Both the position numbers and the translations under genes were made by a program. The notes below the pieces were generated by a model. It worked only from the letters and a program-made list of their open reading frames with translations. It ran no database searches and had not been told where the DNA came from. From contig OX597832.1 of assembly GCA_951406725.2 (NCBI GenBank), positions 21,824,001-21,888,000 on the forward strand: a DNA stretch of 64,000 nt. The letters are read 5' to 3'. This document shows positions 24,706 to 38,431 of this stretch, one piece after another (the first letter of the stretch is position 1; the number at the start of each line of letters is the position of its first letter). The DNA is from Octopus vulgaris. Its lineage: Eukaryota.

Positions 24706-26569
24706 TCCTATTATTATTAATGTAAGCTGTATTTCCTGAGTTCAAATTACCGCGCTTTTATGAAGATTACTGGTCACCAGACACAAATCACAGTGACTCA
24801 GAAAGTGGTTCTCATGTCGTAGAAGCATTTACCACTATCATCCAATGATGTACAGACATCTCTTCACGGTTTCCTCATGCTGTCAACTGAAAATCCCACG
24901 GTGATGGAAAAGTGGAGACATGTGTAGACCTAACCAGTTGTAAGTGGACATTAACTTACAACTTTCATCTGTCACCTACGCTTCTGAACATATAGATCTG
25001 TAGGCCATCTGAGAGGTCATGGGCGGAAAGTGAGATATGCTTTTGACAACAAGGAGACACAAAGGGATGGCAATCATTCTTTAAAGAATCTAATCGACTG
25101 ACCTCCTCCCCCTAAAATTATGCGCCTTGTGCCTAGAGGAGAAACCCCGCCCCCCGTGATAGGTGAAAATCCGTGAAGTAGAAACATACTGTATTCTCTT
25201 ACTCATTTCTCTTTTACTTGTTTCAGTCATGTGATTGTAGCCATGCTGGAGCATCGCTTTAGTTGAGCAAATCGACCCCAGGACTTATTCTTTTGCCGAA
25301 CTGCTATGCTAGCTTAAGGGGACATAAACACACCAGCGTCGGTTGTCAAGCGATGCTGGAAGGACAGACACACAAACAAACACACACATATATATATATA
25401 TATATACACACATATATACGATGGGCTTCTTTCAGTTTCCGTCTACCAAATCCACTCACAAGGCTTTGGTCGGCCTGAGGCTATAGTAGAAGACACTTGC
25501 CCAAGGTGCCACGCAGTGGGACTGAACCCGGAACCATGTGGTTAGCAAGCAAATTACTTACCACACAGTCACTCCTATGCCTACTCACTATTTCTTTTTT
25601 AATAATTTGTATCTATTTAGTTTATTATAAATGCAAAACAGCACCACGGAGGAATCGACGTAAGCTTGAGTAATAAACCGCAATCGGTGCACCACGATAT
25701 AGTGAGGGATTACTATATATGCATGTGTGTATATTTGTGTACATTCTTGTATGTGAGCACAAGTGGTTGTTTGTGTCTGTGTGTGTGTGTGGTGTGTGCA
25801 TGCCTCTGTGTGTGGTTGTGTTTGTGTTTATGTGTATGTTCATGCGTGATGTGTATGTGTACGTGTGTATGCGTGCGGTGGTTTTGAACAACGTCCGAGT
25901 GAGAGATGCGACGTAGACCAAAGTTGTATTCGAACACAGAATATAAAAACAAATAAATTAAAGAAGAAAAAAAAAGACTGAAAGAAGAAAAGGATAAAAA
26001 AGGGAATGATGTAATGTGTTTTATTTTTAGTCTAGTGCTGCAGGGAGGGGAGGAAGAAAGGAAGAAAGAAAGGAAGAAGGAAGAAACGAAGGAAAGAAAT
26101 ATATGAAGTGAAAGAGAAATGCTGGCTTTTTCTTCTTTCCTTCGATATTTCACATTTATGAATGAATGAATGAAAGAAGGGTGTTTTAGAATTGCAAGGA
26201 ATTAATAAGTTGGCAGAGCATCTAAGAATTTCTCAAGATGTTTGATTTGGTTATCTTATAATTTTGGCTGACAATAATCAGGTTTCTAAAGGCACTTGGT
26301 ATTTCTTCCTTTCTTTTCTTCTTACTTTCTTTCTTTCTTTCTTTCTTTCCTTTTTCTTTTGCATCTGTCTGCCTGGGTAATAAATTTTACTGAGCTGTCA
26401 GCGAGAAAGAACTGGTAAAAATCTGTAATGATATGGTTAGATCATTTTGAGGGAGAGAGAGAGAGAAGGGGTGGGTGGGGAGGAAAGAGAGGGAGAGAGA
26501 GTGGGAGGGAATGAACAATTGGGAAAATATCATAGCCAGTCTGATAGAAATCCTCCTCCTTTTCCTCTG

Positions 26570-26850
26570 CATTACCATCGTTGTCATCGTCATCATTATC
26601 CTCCTCTTCCTCATTCTCATCATTCTCATTATCCCCATCACCATCATCATCATCACTATCACCACCATCACCATCATCATCATCAAAGTCATCACCATCA
26701 CCACAACCACGGACACCAGCAGCACCACCACTACCATCTCCATCATCATCATCATCACCATCATCACCACCACCATCATCATCATCACCATCACCCCCAT
26801 CATCATTATCACTGCCACTACCACTACCGCCATCATCGTCATCATCATCA
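26570..26850. repeat. Degenerate (CAT/CAC)n trinucleotide tract
   Basis: Gives spurious poly-His/Ile/Ser ORFs. Confidence 0.9.
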
Positions 26851-27499
26851 GTGATGACATTATGAGTTCACATTGAGTTTGAGTAAATATGGTATGATGT
26901 TGCAAAGTCTATTTAGAAAATATAGTTTTTATAAATAATAATAATAACGATAATAATAAAACTTTCTACTATAGGCACAAGGCCTGAAATTTGGGGGAGA
27001 TAGTTAGTCGATTACATCGACCCCAGTACTCAACTGGTACTTAATTTATCGACCCTGAAAGAATGAAAGGCAAAGTCGACCTTGGCAGAATTTGAACTTA
27101 GAACATAAAGACAGATGAAACACCGTTAAACATTTCGCTCAGCGTGCTAACAATTCTGCCAGCTTGCCACCTTTAATAAATAATGATAATAATAATAATG
27201 ATAATAATAATAAATAATAATGGTAATAATAATAAATAATAATAATGATAATAATAAATAATGATAATAAATAATAATAATAATGATAATAACAACAATA
27301 ATAATAATAACGATAATAACAACAATAATAATAATAACGATAATAATAACAATAATAATAATAATAATAACAATAATGGTGGTGCCCCAGCATGGCCACA
27401 GCTCAATGAGCTGAAACTAAAATCAATCAATCAATCAATAATAATAACAATAATAATAATAATAATAATAACAATAATAATAATAATAATAATAATAAC

Positions 27500-27531
<32 letters not shown>

Positions 27532-28139
27532 TAATAATAATAATAATAATGCATTGGCTCTCATGGCTCCTGATCTTAACTGATTGGAAGTGTCATTATG
27601 TACATTGTTTTGTCTTGGTATAAAAGATGGGCTACAGCAAATATTCTGTTCAATACCACTCACTACAGCGCCTAAAATCAAAAACCAACGCAGCACCCAT
27701 GACTTTTGAAAACATTTTTCATGCCCAGAACTGCTGAAGCAAGGAATAAACCACTTGCGTCAGTTGTTATCTGTCAAAACACTACACCCTTCAAAACTTC
27801 CATACCTCTGCAAATTCACAAACTGTACACCTGTGCCCCTCCCCCTTCCCCACACACTTCTGTTTTTTTCTCTTAAAGACTTATTCGCTGTTCTCTTCCT
27901 CTGCATATTCTGTTTACTGTTTATGCAGATTTGGTTACTTTTTCTGGTGAGTTCTGGAACACTGTACACAATGAATTCATTATTATATTATTATCATCTT
28001 TTTATCATCATCATCATCGTCGTCATCATTATCATTATCATCAAAACCATCATCAGCATCGTCGTCATTGTCATCGCTGTCGTCATCATCATCGTTGTCC
28101 TTCATCACCATCATCATCATCACTATCACCACCACCACC

Positions 28140-28863
28140 ACATTGTCATCATCATCATCATCAACATAGCATCCATTTTCCATGCTTGTGTGGGTCAGTG
28201 TCTCTCTCTCTCTCTATCTATATAAAACTTATATTACATTATTTTCTAACACTGATTTTAAAACAAATGGTTTGTGCTGTGCTTTTCTCAGTTAATCAGC
28301 AAACATGATGTTACTATACCATCATCATCACCATCATCCTCATCATCATCATCACCACCATCATCACCATCATCATCCTCACCACCATCATCACCATCAC
28401 CATCACCATCATCATCATCACCATCATCATCATAATATCCATTTTCCCACCCTTGCGTGGGTCAGTGTCTCTCTCTCTCTATCCATCTATATAAAACTTA
28501 TATCACATTATTTTCTAACACTGATTTTAAAACAAATGGTTTGTGCTGTGCTTTTCTCAGTTAATCAGCAAACATGATGTTACTATACCATCATCATCAC
28601 CATCATCCTTCATCATCATCATCACCACCATCATCACCATCATCATCCTCACCACCATCATCACCATCACCATCACCATCATCATCATCACCATCATCAT
28701 CATAATATCCATTTTCCCACCCTTGCGTGGGTCAGTGTCTCTCTCTCTCTATCCATCTATATAAAACTTATATCACATTATTTTCTAACACTGATTTTAA
28801 AACAAATGGTTTGTGTTGTGTTTTTCTCAGTTAATCAGCAGCAAACATGATGTTACTATACCA
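28140..28863 (+). repeat. Tandem triplication, period ~270 bp, containing (CAT)n
   Basis: attttcccacccttgcgtggg at 28441 and 28711; diverged third copy at ~28175. Confidence 0.92.
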
Positions 28864-31729
28864 AACATCCTGTCTCCTCTCTCCGTAAAACTGAGACAAC
28901 AAAAAAAAAAACACTTAAAACAGTTCAGTTTGTTAATTAAAACTGATCTACTTAAATTAGTTATCTGTAAAATAAGGCTTCATCTGTGTTCATTAAATAA
29001 ATCTGTACTAGTTAATTAGTTATCTGTGTGGTATACCGCTCCTTCTGTGTTCGTTAATTAATTAACCCTTAGAGAAAGATTGGGTTGATACAGCAGCTGA
29101 GTGATTATCGTGATAGGAAGATAAATGAAAGAGGTAATCTCTTGGAGAATAAATGCGTTTTGTCTTTGAGTTTTATCTAAGTTCTGTTTTGTAGAAAGTT
29201 CAAGCTGGTTGCTAACAAAGTGACAAGACTTTTTTACTAGTTGAAAAGAAGATTGAGAATAAAGCTATTTCTATATACTTGACATGAGTTGATGCACTTG
29301 TGTTTGCATGTATGTATGTGTGTGTATATATATATATATATATATCATCATCATCATTGTTTAACGTCTGCTTTCCATGCTAACATGGGTTGGACGATTT
29401 GAGTGAGGGCTGGTGAACCAGATGGCTGCACCAGGCTCCAGTCTTGATCTGGCAGAGTTTCTACAGCTGGATGCCCTTCCTAACACCAACCACTCCAAGA
29501 GTGTAGTGGGTGCTTTTACGTGCCACCAGCACGAGGTCCAGTCAGGTGGTACTGGCAACGGCCATGCTCAAAAGGTGCTTTTGATGTGCCACCTGCACAG
29601 GAGCCATTTCAGCGAAACTGGCATATATATATACATATATATATCCATCCTGTCCGTCCGTCCATATATATATATATATATATATTTTCAAAAAAGGATC
29701 ACAGTTCTTCTTAAGCCATAGTCTCTACCAAACCCACTCACAAGGCTTTTGTAGGGCTGAGGCTATAGTAGAAGACATTTGCCCAAGGTGCCAAGCAGTG
29801 GGACTGAACCTGGAACCATATGGTTAGGAAGCAAACTTCTTACCACACAACCATGCCAGCCCCTATGTACAGCAGGTTGTACTTCAGTTTCCACCTACCA
29901 AATTCACTCATGATTCTTTGATTATCCCTGTTCTATGGCAGAAGACACTCGCTCAAGGTACCATACAACTGAACCCTAAACCACAAATTTTGGAAAGGGA
30001 CTTCATAACCACTCAACCTTGCCTGCATCTGTGGGTGATTATAAAGTACAACTGAGTTAATTACTTATAGTAAACTTTGCCGGATTTATTAACCCTTCAT
30101 GGACCGGTGGGGTCCCAAGAGACCCCAACCAATTTTAAAACTTATGCAACTTTTACATTTTTTATTTAAATGATTTTATATCCCATGACTTTTATTGTCA
30201 ATAATTTATGTATACACACACAAATTTTGAGTTAAAAATTTCCAGTCATATGGATATTATAGGATAAAATATGATCATTTGGGTCCAACTGGAACCCTTT
30301 GGTCTTCTGTGAAATTATATTTTTCTGTTCTTTTATTCAGATATTCTGATGAACTAGTCAATTTTCTTCGTATTTGTACTGGTATGAATCAATATACTAA
30401 AAAATTTTGTTTAATTTATATTTAGTGTTATGTGTTTAGTTTGTAAAACCATAAAGAATGTTGATTTCTTTCAACAAAGGTTATTTTCAGTCAATAAATT
30501 ATATTTTAATTTCCCTCCATTAAACGCTAATAATTACAAATATATACTCTTTACTCTTTTACTTGTTTCAGTCATTTGATTGTGGCCATGCTGGAGCGCT
30601 GCCTTTAGTTGAGCAAATCGACACCAGAACTTATTCTTTGTAAGCCTAGTACTTATCCTATCGGTCTCTTTTGCCGAACTGCTAAGTTACGGGGACGCAA
30701 ACACACCACCATCAGTTGTCAAGTGATGTTGGGGGGACAAACACGAACACACACACACAGATATATACATATATATGACAGGCTTCTTTCAGTTTCTGTC
30801 TACCAAATCCACTCACAAGGCTTTGGTTGGCCCAAGGCTATAGTAGGAGACACAATGGGCTCAGGCACGGCTGTATGGCAAGAAGTTTGCTTCCCAACCA
30901 TACACTTCTGGGTTCTATACCACTGCATGGTACCTTAGTCAAGTGTCTTCTACTATATCCTGACTAAAGAATAAAGGAAGTGCTATTGAACCAGCGCAAG
31001 TGTTATTATTATTATTGATTCAATGACCCTCCCAATGCACAAAAAAGATCACAGACCATTATTTCAAACCAAATATCTAACTCAGTTTAATTAAAAAATC
31101 ATAGACAAGGTTTTAATTAAATAGGTAAGTTGTTCAATTTTAATTAACAAACATAGATGTTTTTCTGGATAGACATCTAATTCTGTTTTAATTAACAAAT
31201 ACAAACAAGTTTTGTTTTGCAAACAGTTAATTAATAAACACAGACAAGATTTACTACAATGTTATCTTCAATTTTAATTACTAATTCCAGGTAGTTTAAA
31301 CAACATGGTTAATTCAGTTTTATTTAACGATCACAGATAGTAATTAAAAACCGATAGCTAAATCAATGTTAGTTAACGAACACCAAGAATGTTTATTACA
31401 TGTTATATCTAACAGAGTTTGTTACACAGATAATTAGTCAAATTTTAATTAATAAAAACAGACAAGGTTTACTAGTCAGATAATTATTTCCATTTTAATT
31501 AACTAAAACAGATAAGGATTTTTAGTTATTATTAGCTACATATAAGGCAGTGAGCTGGCAGAATCATTAACACGCTGGGCAAAATATTTAGCGATATTTT
31601 GTCCACCTGGACATATTGAGTTCAAATTCTGCTGAGGTCGAATTTGCCTTTCATCCTTTCGGGGTCAGTAAATTAAGTACCAGTGAAACACTAGGGTCGG
31701 TGTTATAAACTGGCCCCCTCCCCTCAAAT

Positions 31730-32670
31730 CTGTTTTTGTGTATGTTGGCCCTGTGCACTGGGACAAATTTTTCACATATGGCTTGCATTATGGACATGAA
31801 ATTTTGTGTTTCATGTCAATGTCTGGTGTGGAGAGACATTTAGGCTAATCCTGTTTGAGGATTTATTCCTCAATCAATTTCCAGTTTGCTTTATGAAAAT
31901 TTAGTTTGGAGAGATTTTGGGTGCTTCGTATAGGCTGTATGTCTGCTGGAGCTTTTGGTCCATATATAGACAGCTCTATTGTGTTGTGATCCGAGATCAG
32001 TGTCGGTGTCACTTTAACATTATGGATAATGTCCATTTTGTTTGTGAAGCAGAGATCCAGTATATTATTTGCCGTGGTTGCTTGCAGCACAATTTACTCC
32101 ATGAAAGAAGCATTGGTAAGGTGGAGCAGGGACTCCGCCTGTGCTTGTTGGTGGTGTGCCATTCCTGGGAACATCTGGACCCCCAGGCCACCCAACATTG
32201 GGGAAGTTAGAGTGACCCAAAAGTAATACACTGATGTGTCGTTCCAGTTGGATGAGAACTTCTATCTTTGCCAAGCAGTCTTCAAACTTACCTGTATTAT
32301 TTGGAGCATCCAGTGGGCAGTATGTAGTACACACGACAATATTGTCTTGTGTACCATTTGAGTGTCACTGAATTTGAATATGACAGCAGGGCCTGGGTCA
32401 TGAGTTCCTCTCGGGTGTACACAGCGACTCCACCATTCTTTTCTATCTGTGCATATTACAACGTATTGCAGTATGTGCATTTCTGCATCCCCTATATCAG
32501 GTCTAAGATGCATTTCCACAAGTGCTATACATAGAACTTGATTGCATGCAGACTCAGGGATGAGACTTTTGTCTTACCATTGCTGTGCAACAGCCCTCCG
32601 ATATTTAGTAGAAATATTTTTGTGATGTCTCTGTTGGTGTTAGTGGTGGCCATCCTGTATCTGTTGTTGG
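31730..32670 (-). pseudogene. LINE (CR1/L2-group) apurinic-type endonuclease domain remnant
   Basis: NILDLCFTN..VKVTPTLISDHNTI (SDH motif), LLLGHSNFPNVGW (GDFN-like), LNFHKANW; several frameshifts. Confidence 0.85.
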
Positions 32671-34090
32671 TAAGTGTGTGTGTATATATATATATATATA
32701 TATTATATACATAATATATACATATATATTATATCTAATATATATGTATATAGTCTTTTACTTGTTTCGGTCATTTGACTGTGGCCAAGCTGGAGCACTG
32801 CTTTTAGTCAAGCAAATTGACCCCAGGACTTATTCTTTGTAAGCCCGGTACTTATTCTATCCGCTAAGTTACAGGGATATAAACACACCGGCATTGGTTG
32901 TCAAGCGATGTTGGGGGAAAAAAACACAGACACACAAGCATATACATACACACATGTATATATATATATTTACATATATACGACGGGCTTCTTTCAGTTT
33001 CCATCTACCAAATCCACTCACAAGGCTTTGGTTGGCCCGAGGTTATAGTAGAATACACTTGCCCAAGGTGCCATGCAGTGGGACCGAACCCAGACCCACG
33101 TGGTTCGTAAGCAAGATACTTACCGCACACCCACTTCTATGCCTATAGTATATATGAATCAACATTATCATCATCATTAACATCTATTTTCCCTGCTGGC
33201 ATGGGTTACACACACATATACACACACACATACATACACACACACACACTTACATACAGTGATTGTTCTCAGATTAAGTAAAATTCCACTTCTTTATATC
33301 ATTTTCTGTTTTGATCATTCACATTAATAATTAAAATAATTATAAAACAAACTTATGGCTGATAGATGATGATATACAAAGCAAAGAAACAAAACTCAAA
33401 AGAAACCCTCACCACAGCACCACACACACATCTCCTGCCCGCCCACGTATCCCCACCACCACCACCACTGCCATTTCACTTACCATTCACACCACTATGT
33501 TATTAATATTAAATGATGGGCAAGAAAAATTGGCAGATAACCCTTTTTTTTTTTGTTGGCATTTTGGGGCACATATTTCTAGAAACCTAATTGTTTTAAT
33601 TCCAACAAAATTGTGTAACAAGCCAACACACATATTACAAGAGATATAATATATACCATACAAATAAAACAAACTTCTTGTCGTGTTGCCAAGCTGAGAG
33701 AAGTTCTGGTCATTTGATTTCTTTCTCATATTATACAATATAATACTAATTCTCAGAGGAATATACCAAGCCAAGTTCAGACTACAGTTCTTTGTCTTTG
33801 CCAGGGATTTCTATGAGAAGAAAATTTTTTGACTATATTTTTGTCTGGAGCATCAATTACATATGCCAATAAACTTCATTTTCAAAAATATATTCAAACC
33901 ATATTCAGAGGATATGTGTGTGACATGTCATACATACATACAGACAGACATACATACATGCATATATACATAAGCACACACATGTGTGTTTATTTATCTA
34001 TCTATTTGTCAGTCTGTGTGTCCGTCCGTCCATCTGTCTGTCTGTGTGTCCGTCCGTCCCTCTGTCTGTCCATCGATCCATCTATCTTGT

Positions 34091-34373
34091 TCCATGGAAA
34101 GAAAAGCCTATGGAAAAGACCACGGTAACCTCAGGCAGGAGGAAATAAACACATGAGAGCAAAGTGCTCTCTCTATCTCTCTTTGATTTACTGGATCATG
34201 CTCAAAGTGGTTTCGTTACTCGCACGCTCCATCTTTGCTGCAAGCGATGAAACCACTTTGAGCATGATCCTGTAAATCAAAGAGAGAGAGAGAGAGCACT
34301 TTGCTCTCATGTGTTTATTCCCTCCCTCCCTGAGGTTACTGTGGCCTTTTCCACAGGCTTTTCTTTCCATGGA
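34091..34373. repeat. Fold-back inverted repeat, ~135-bp arms, 14-nt loop
   Basis: Arms 34091-34224 and 34239-34373. Confidence 0.93.
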
Positions 34374-35468
34374 TAAACCTAATCTTGCTTCTTACATTTT
34401 AAAAATTTCTTTTGTGATACACAATCTCTTTTGATTGAACTCAGAACGTAGCGACGGACGGAATACCTATTTCTTTACTGCACACAAGGGGCTACACACA
34501 GAGGGAACAAACAAGGACAGACAAACGGATTAAGTCGATTATATCGACCCTAGTGCGTACCTGGTACTTATTTAATCGACCCCGAAAGGATGAAAGGCAA
34601 AGTCGACCTCAGCGGAATTTGAACTCAGAATGTAGCGGCAGACAAAATACCGCTAAGCATTTCGCCCGGTGTGCTAATGTTTCTGCCAGCTCGCCACCAA
34701 AATCCTTCTGGTTGTATAAGGCACCCATGGCAGTGCCATGGAAAAATGCCCATGCAGTACCACATAAAAACACACATGCAGCATCATGTAAAAACATTCA
34801 TACTGTGTCATGTAAAAGCATTTCTGCTGCCTCATGTAAAAGCATCCATGTGGCATTACGTAAAAGTGCCTGTATGGTGCCACGTAAAAGCACCCAGCAC
34901 ACTCTGTAAGGTGGTTGGCATTAGGAAGGGCATCCAGCCATAGAAACCATACCAAATCTGATTGGAGTCTGGAGCAGCCCCACCAGCTTGCCAGCCCTGG
35001 TCAAACCATCCAAACTATGCCAGCATGGACAACGAATATTAAAGGATGATGATAGTATATCATCATCATTGTCATTGTTTAACATCTGGTCTTCCATACA
35101 TGGGTAGGATGGTCGACAGGAGCCAGCCAGGTAGAAAACTACCATAGGCTGCGAGCTGGCACAAATGTTAGCATGCTGGGCGAAATGCTTATTGGTATTT
35201 CGTCTGCCTTTACACTCTGAGTTCAAATTCCGCCGAGGTCGACTTTGCCTTTCATCCTTTCGGGGTCAATAAATTAAGTACCAGTTATGCACCGGGGTTG
35301 ATGTAATCAACTTAATCCCTATGTCTGTCCTTGTTTATCGCCTCTATGTTTAGCCCCTTGTGGGCAATAAAGAAATAAGAAAACTACCATTGGCTACTGT
35401 GTCCATTTTAGCAGAGTTTTTATGGCTGGATGCCCTTCCAAATACCAACCATTCTGCATATATGTATG

Positions 35469-35629
35469 TATGTATTAGAAGAAATGAGGTACTCAGAAAT
35501 CAGGATGGTTTTATAGTTACAGATATTTATTAGTATGTTACATGTTATTATAACATGTAAAATACTAATAAATATCTGTAAATATAAAACCATCCACATT
35601 TCTGAGTACCTCATTTCTTCTAATATATA
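35469..35629. repeat. Near-perfect palindrome, ~78-bp arms
   Basis: tattagaagaaatgaggtactcagaaat...atttctgagtacctcatttcttctaata. Confidence 0.93.
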
Positions 35630-35756
35630 ATACCTGTACATCATCTCCAAACCTTCTAATGTATGTATTTGTCAGTAGTTCATAAATCTGAAGGGAAGCA
35701 CACAATAAATATTAGAACAGTGATACTTATAAGGTTGTAAGGTTATGGCCAGTCAG

Positions 35757-35818
35757 ACAATGACCATTGGTTTTGCACCTATGAGGTTCTTAGCACTATA
35801 GGTCTCTCATCAGTATGT
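35757..35818 (-). ncRNA. Degenerate hammerhead motif (G12>A)
   Basis: Minus strand: CTGATGA gagacctat..ataggtgc aAAA ccaatgg TC. Confidence 0.45.
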
Positions 35819-35859
35819 TCGGCAATATCGGCAGCTGTGGTAGCTTCTGCAGCAAACAA

Positions 35860-36151
35860 AGATCTTGTTTCATCCAGCACACAACTCCTTGATTTCAATG
35901 ACTGCTGTGTGTGACTGTGGCTTTCAACTAGTTGACCACCATCCTTATTCTCCTGATTTGGCCCCCATCTGACTGCCATCTGTTCCCTATAACAAAACAC
36001 TTGGCTGGGAACTAATGGGATCACAGCACTGCAACCTGGATGGGAGAAATGTGTAGACTGCAAGGGGGTCTATGTTGAAAAATAAATCTCATTTGGCCAC
36101 ATACCATGAGAGTAACTTGGTCAGCCCATTAACTTTCAGCTGACCTTTGTA
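35860..36151 (+). pseudogene. Mariner transposase C-terminal fragment and right end
   Basis: HHPYSPDLAPSDCHLFP (mariner YSPDLAPxD motif); ends ..cagctgacctttgTA. Confidence 0.8.
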
Positions 36152-36188
36152 CACACACACACACACACATACATATATTATTTATACA

Positions 36189-36267
<79 letters not shown>

Positions 36268-36559
36268 TTATATATATATATCTTTTTCTATTTTTACTTG
36301 TTTGTCATTTTGACTGCGGCCATGCTGGAGCGCTGCCTTTAATCGAGCAACTTGACCATGGGACTTATTCTTTGTAAGCCCAGTACTTATTCTATCCGTC
36401 TCTTTTGCCGAACCATTAAGTGACGGGGACATAAACACACCAGCATCAGATGGGCAGCAAGCTGGCAGAATCATTAGCACGCCAGGCTTAGCAGTATTTC
36501 GTCTGTCTTTACGTTCTGAGTTCAAACTCCGCCAAGTTTGACTTTGCCTTTCATCCAAC

Positions 36560-37200
36560 TCATTCACTAGTCATGAAACAAAAAAACTCGACTACACTAG
36601 AAACCTACATCAATAGATTAAATATGAACAACAAAGAATTTAGTATGAATTAATCTATAATAAGGGAAACCACACCATAAAATACACACACGAAGAATTG
36701 CAATTTATGCTCAAAGGAGGCAATCCACATAATCCGAGCCAACGAAAATAGTTTGCTCAATAAAATATCTGACGTTATATTTACTTGTCGACACAGATAT
36801 CTTTCAACTTTTAAATTCTTCAAATATAATTAAACAATAGGATTCTAATTTAGCCTTTCTCCATATTATGGACTCTTCCAAAACTTTATATTGTATATAG
36901 CATTGTAATATACTTTATATTATACATTGTGTTTAATATCATATGCTTGAAGGTAAAAGTCTGATCAAACATTTTCCTTTAAAATTTTAACCTTGTGATT
37001 CTATCAACTCTGATGAGAGAAATATAGAGTGTTGCTATGGTTGGTGTTAGCTCGCCCATAGCAACTTATATCTTTTCAAAATAGCCGTAAGACTTTATAC
37101 ATTATCGTTATCAATCATTTTACATCTGCTTTATTATCCTCTTCATTCAGACTTTGTAAGTACATTTATGGACTTACACTTTTTATATATTTATATTTAT
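36560..37200 (+). mobile_element. Penelope-like element 3' remnant: GIY-YIG endonuclease C-terminus plus terminal repeat with hammerhead
   Basis: 36588-36833 translates STTLETYINRL..*SIIRETTP*..KNCNLCSKEAIHII..LLNKISDVIFTCRH, matching the PLE STxLxxYIxxL..W.I..PY..CxLCxxE..LLNKxxE...CRH pattern. Degenerate CTGATGA..(G>A)AAA hammerhead at 37007-37092. Confidence 0.8.
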
Positions 37201-38012
37201 GAATTATGTGTTTCTAGATTTTTATGTGTGTATGAATTTTTATATATTTATAAATTTTCGTGTATATGTATGTATTATTTCTTAGAAATTGTTTATATAT
37301 CATATAGATGAATGCATCTATGTATGTACCTTGTATACCATGGAGAATTTCATTAATATGGATTGAATGAATGAATACATACATCGGCCTTTGAATTTGC
37401 TTTCTCCTCTCCTTAATTATATATATCATCATCATTTAAGTCCGCTTTCCATGCTAGCATTGGTTGGACGATTTGACTGAGGTTTGGCGAACCAGATGGC
37501 TGCATCAGACTCCAGTCTGATCCGGCAGAGTTTCTACAGCTGGATGCCCTTCCTAAACGTTAACCACTCCGAGAGTATAGTGGGTGCTTTTACGTGCCAG
37601 TTTGGTGGTACTGGCAGCGGCCACACCCAAATGGTGCTTTTTATGTGCCACCTGCACAGGAGCCAGTTCAGCGGCACTGGCGACGACCTCGCTCGAATAT
37701 TTCACATTCCGCCAGCACAAGTGCTGGTAAGGCGACGTGGTAACGATCACGTTCGAATGGTGTGCTTAATGTGCCATCGGCACGAAGGCCAGCTTGTTGC
37801 TCTGGCAACAATCTCACTCGTACGGTACTCTTAGCACTCCACTAGCAACGGATGCCAGTCACCGAATTTGATTTCGACTTCGATTTCCCTTGCCTCAACT
37901 GGTCTTCGCAAGCAGAGTTTAGTGTCCAATGAAGAAAAGGCACACACAAGTGGACTGGTTATACCCCTAGCATAGGCCACAAGGTTATGGTCACTCCATA
38001 TATATATATATA

Positions 38013-38312
38013 TAAGATGAAATGTTTTATGTTTGCTGCCCACACACATCTTTGCCAGTATATATGCAGTAAAGCTTTACTATAACATTGTAAAATTATT
38101 GACTACTATTTCCAGTAAACATTGGAGCCTTGTAACATTCCATATATATATATAACGATGATGATGATGATATATATATATATGGAATGTTACAAGGCTC
38201 CAATGTTTACTGGAAATAGCAGTCAATAATTTTACAATGTTATAGTAAAGCTTCACTGCATATATACTGGCAAAAACGTGTGTGGGCAGTGAACATAAAA
38301 CATTTCATCTTA
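38013..38312. repeat. Tail-to-tail inverted repeat, ~140-bp arms around a (TA)n-(GAT)n centre
   Basis: taagatgaaatgttttatg...cataaaacatttcatctta. Confidence 0.93.
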
Positions 38313-38356
38313 CCTCTAAGAAGAGCATTACATAAATGGACAACCCAAATTTGGAT

Positions 38357-38431
38357 AATCTAGTACCTAGGTTTCAAACTCTTCAAATATGTTTATAATC
38401 ATAAATTTGATTAGTCTTCTTCAGCTAAATT
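38357..38431 (-). ncRNA. Apparently intact type I hammerhead ribozyme
   Basis: Minus strand: aatttag CTGAAGA agact..tcaaa..tttga..agttt GAA ACCTAGGT A ctagatt. 7-bp stem I (one G-U), GUA cleavage site. Confidence 0.75.

Noticed and set aside
26387-26905. Poly-His / poly-Met / poly-Ser ORFs
   Set aside because: Open in many frames on both strands because of (CAT)n; no splice or domain support
30089-30310. TTAA-CCC start suggestive of a piggyBac-type MITE
   Set aside because: No matching right terminus (GGG-TTAA) found, so not called
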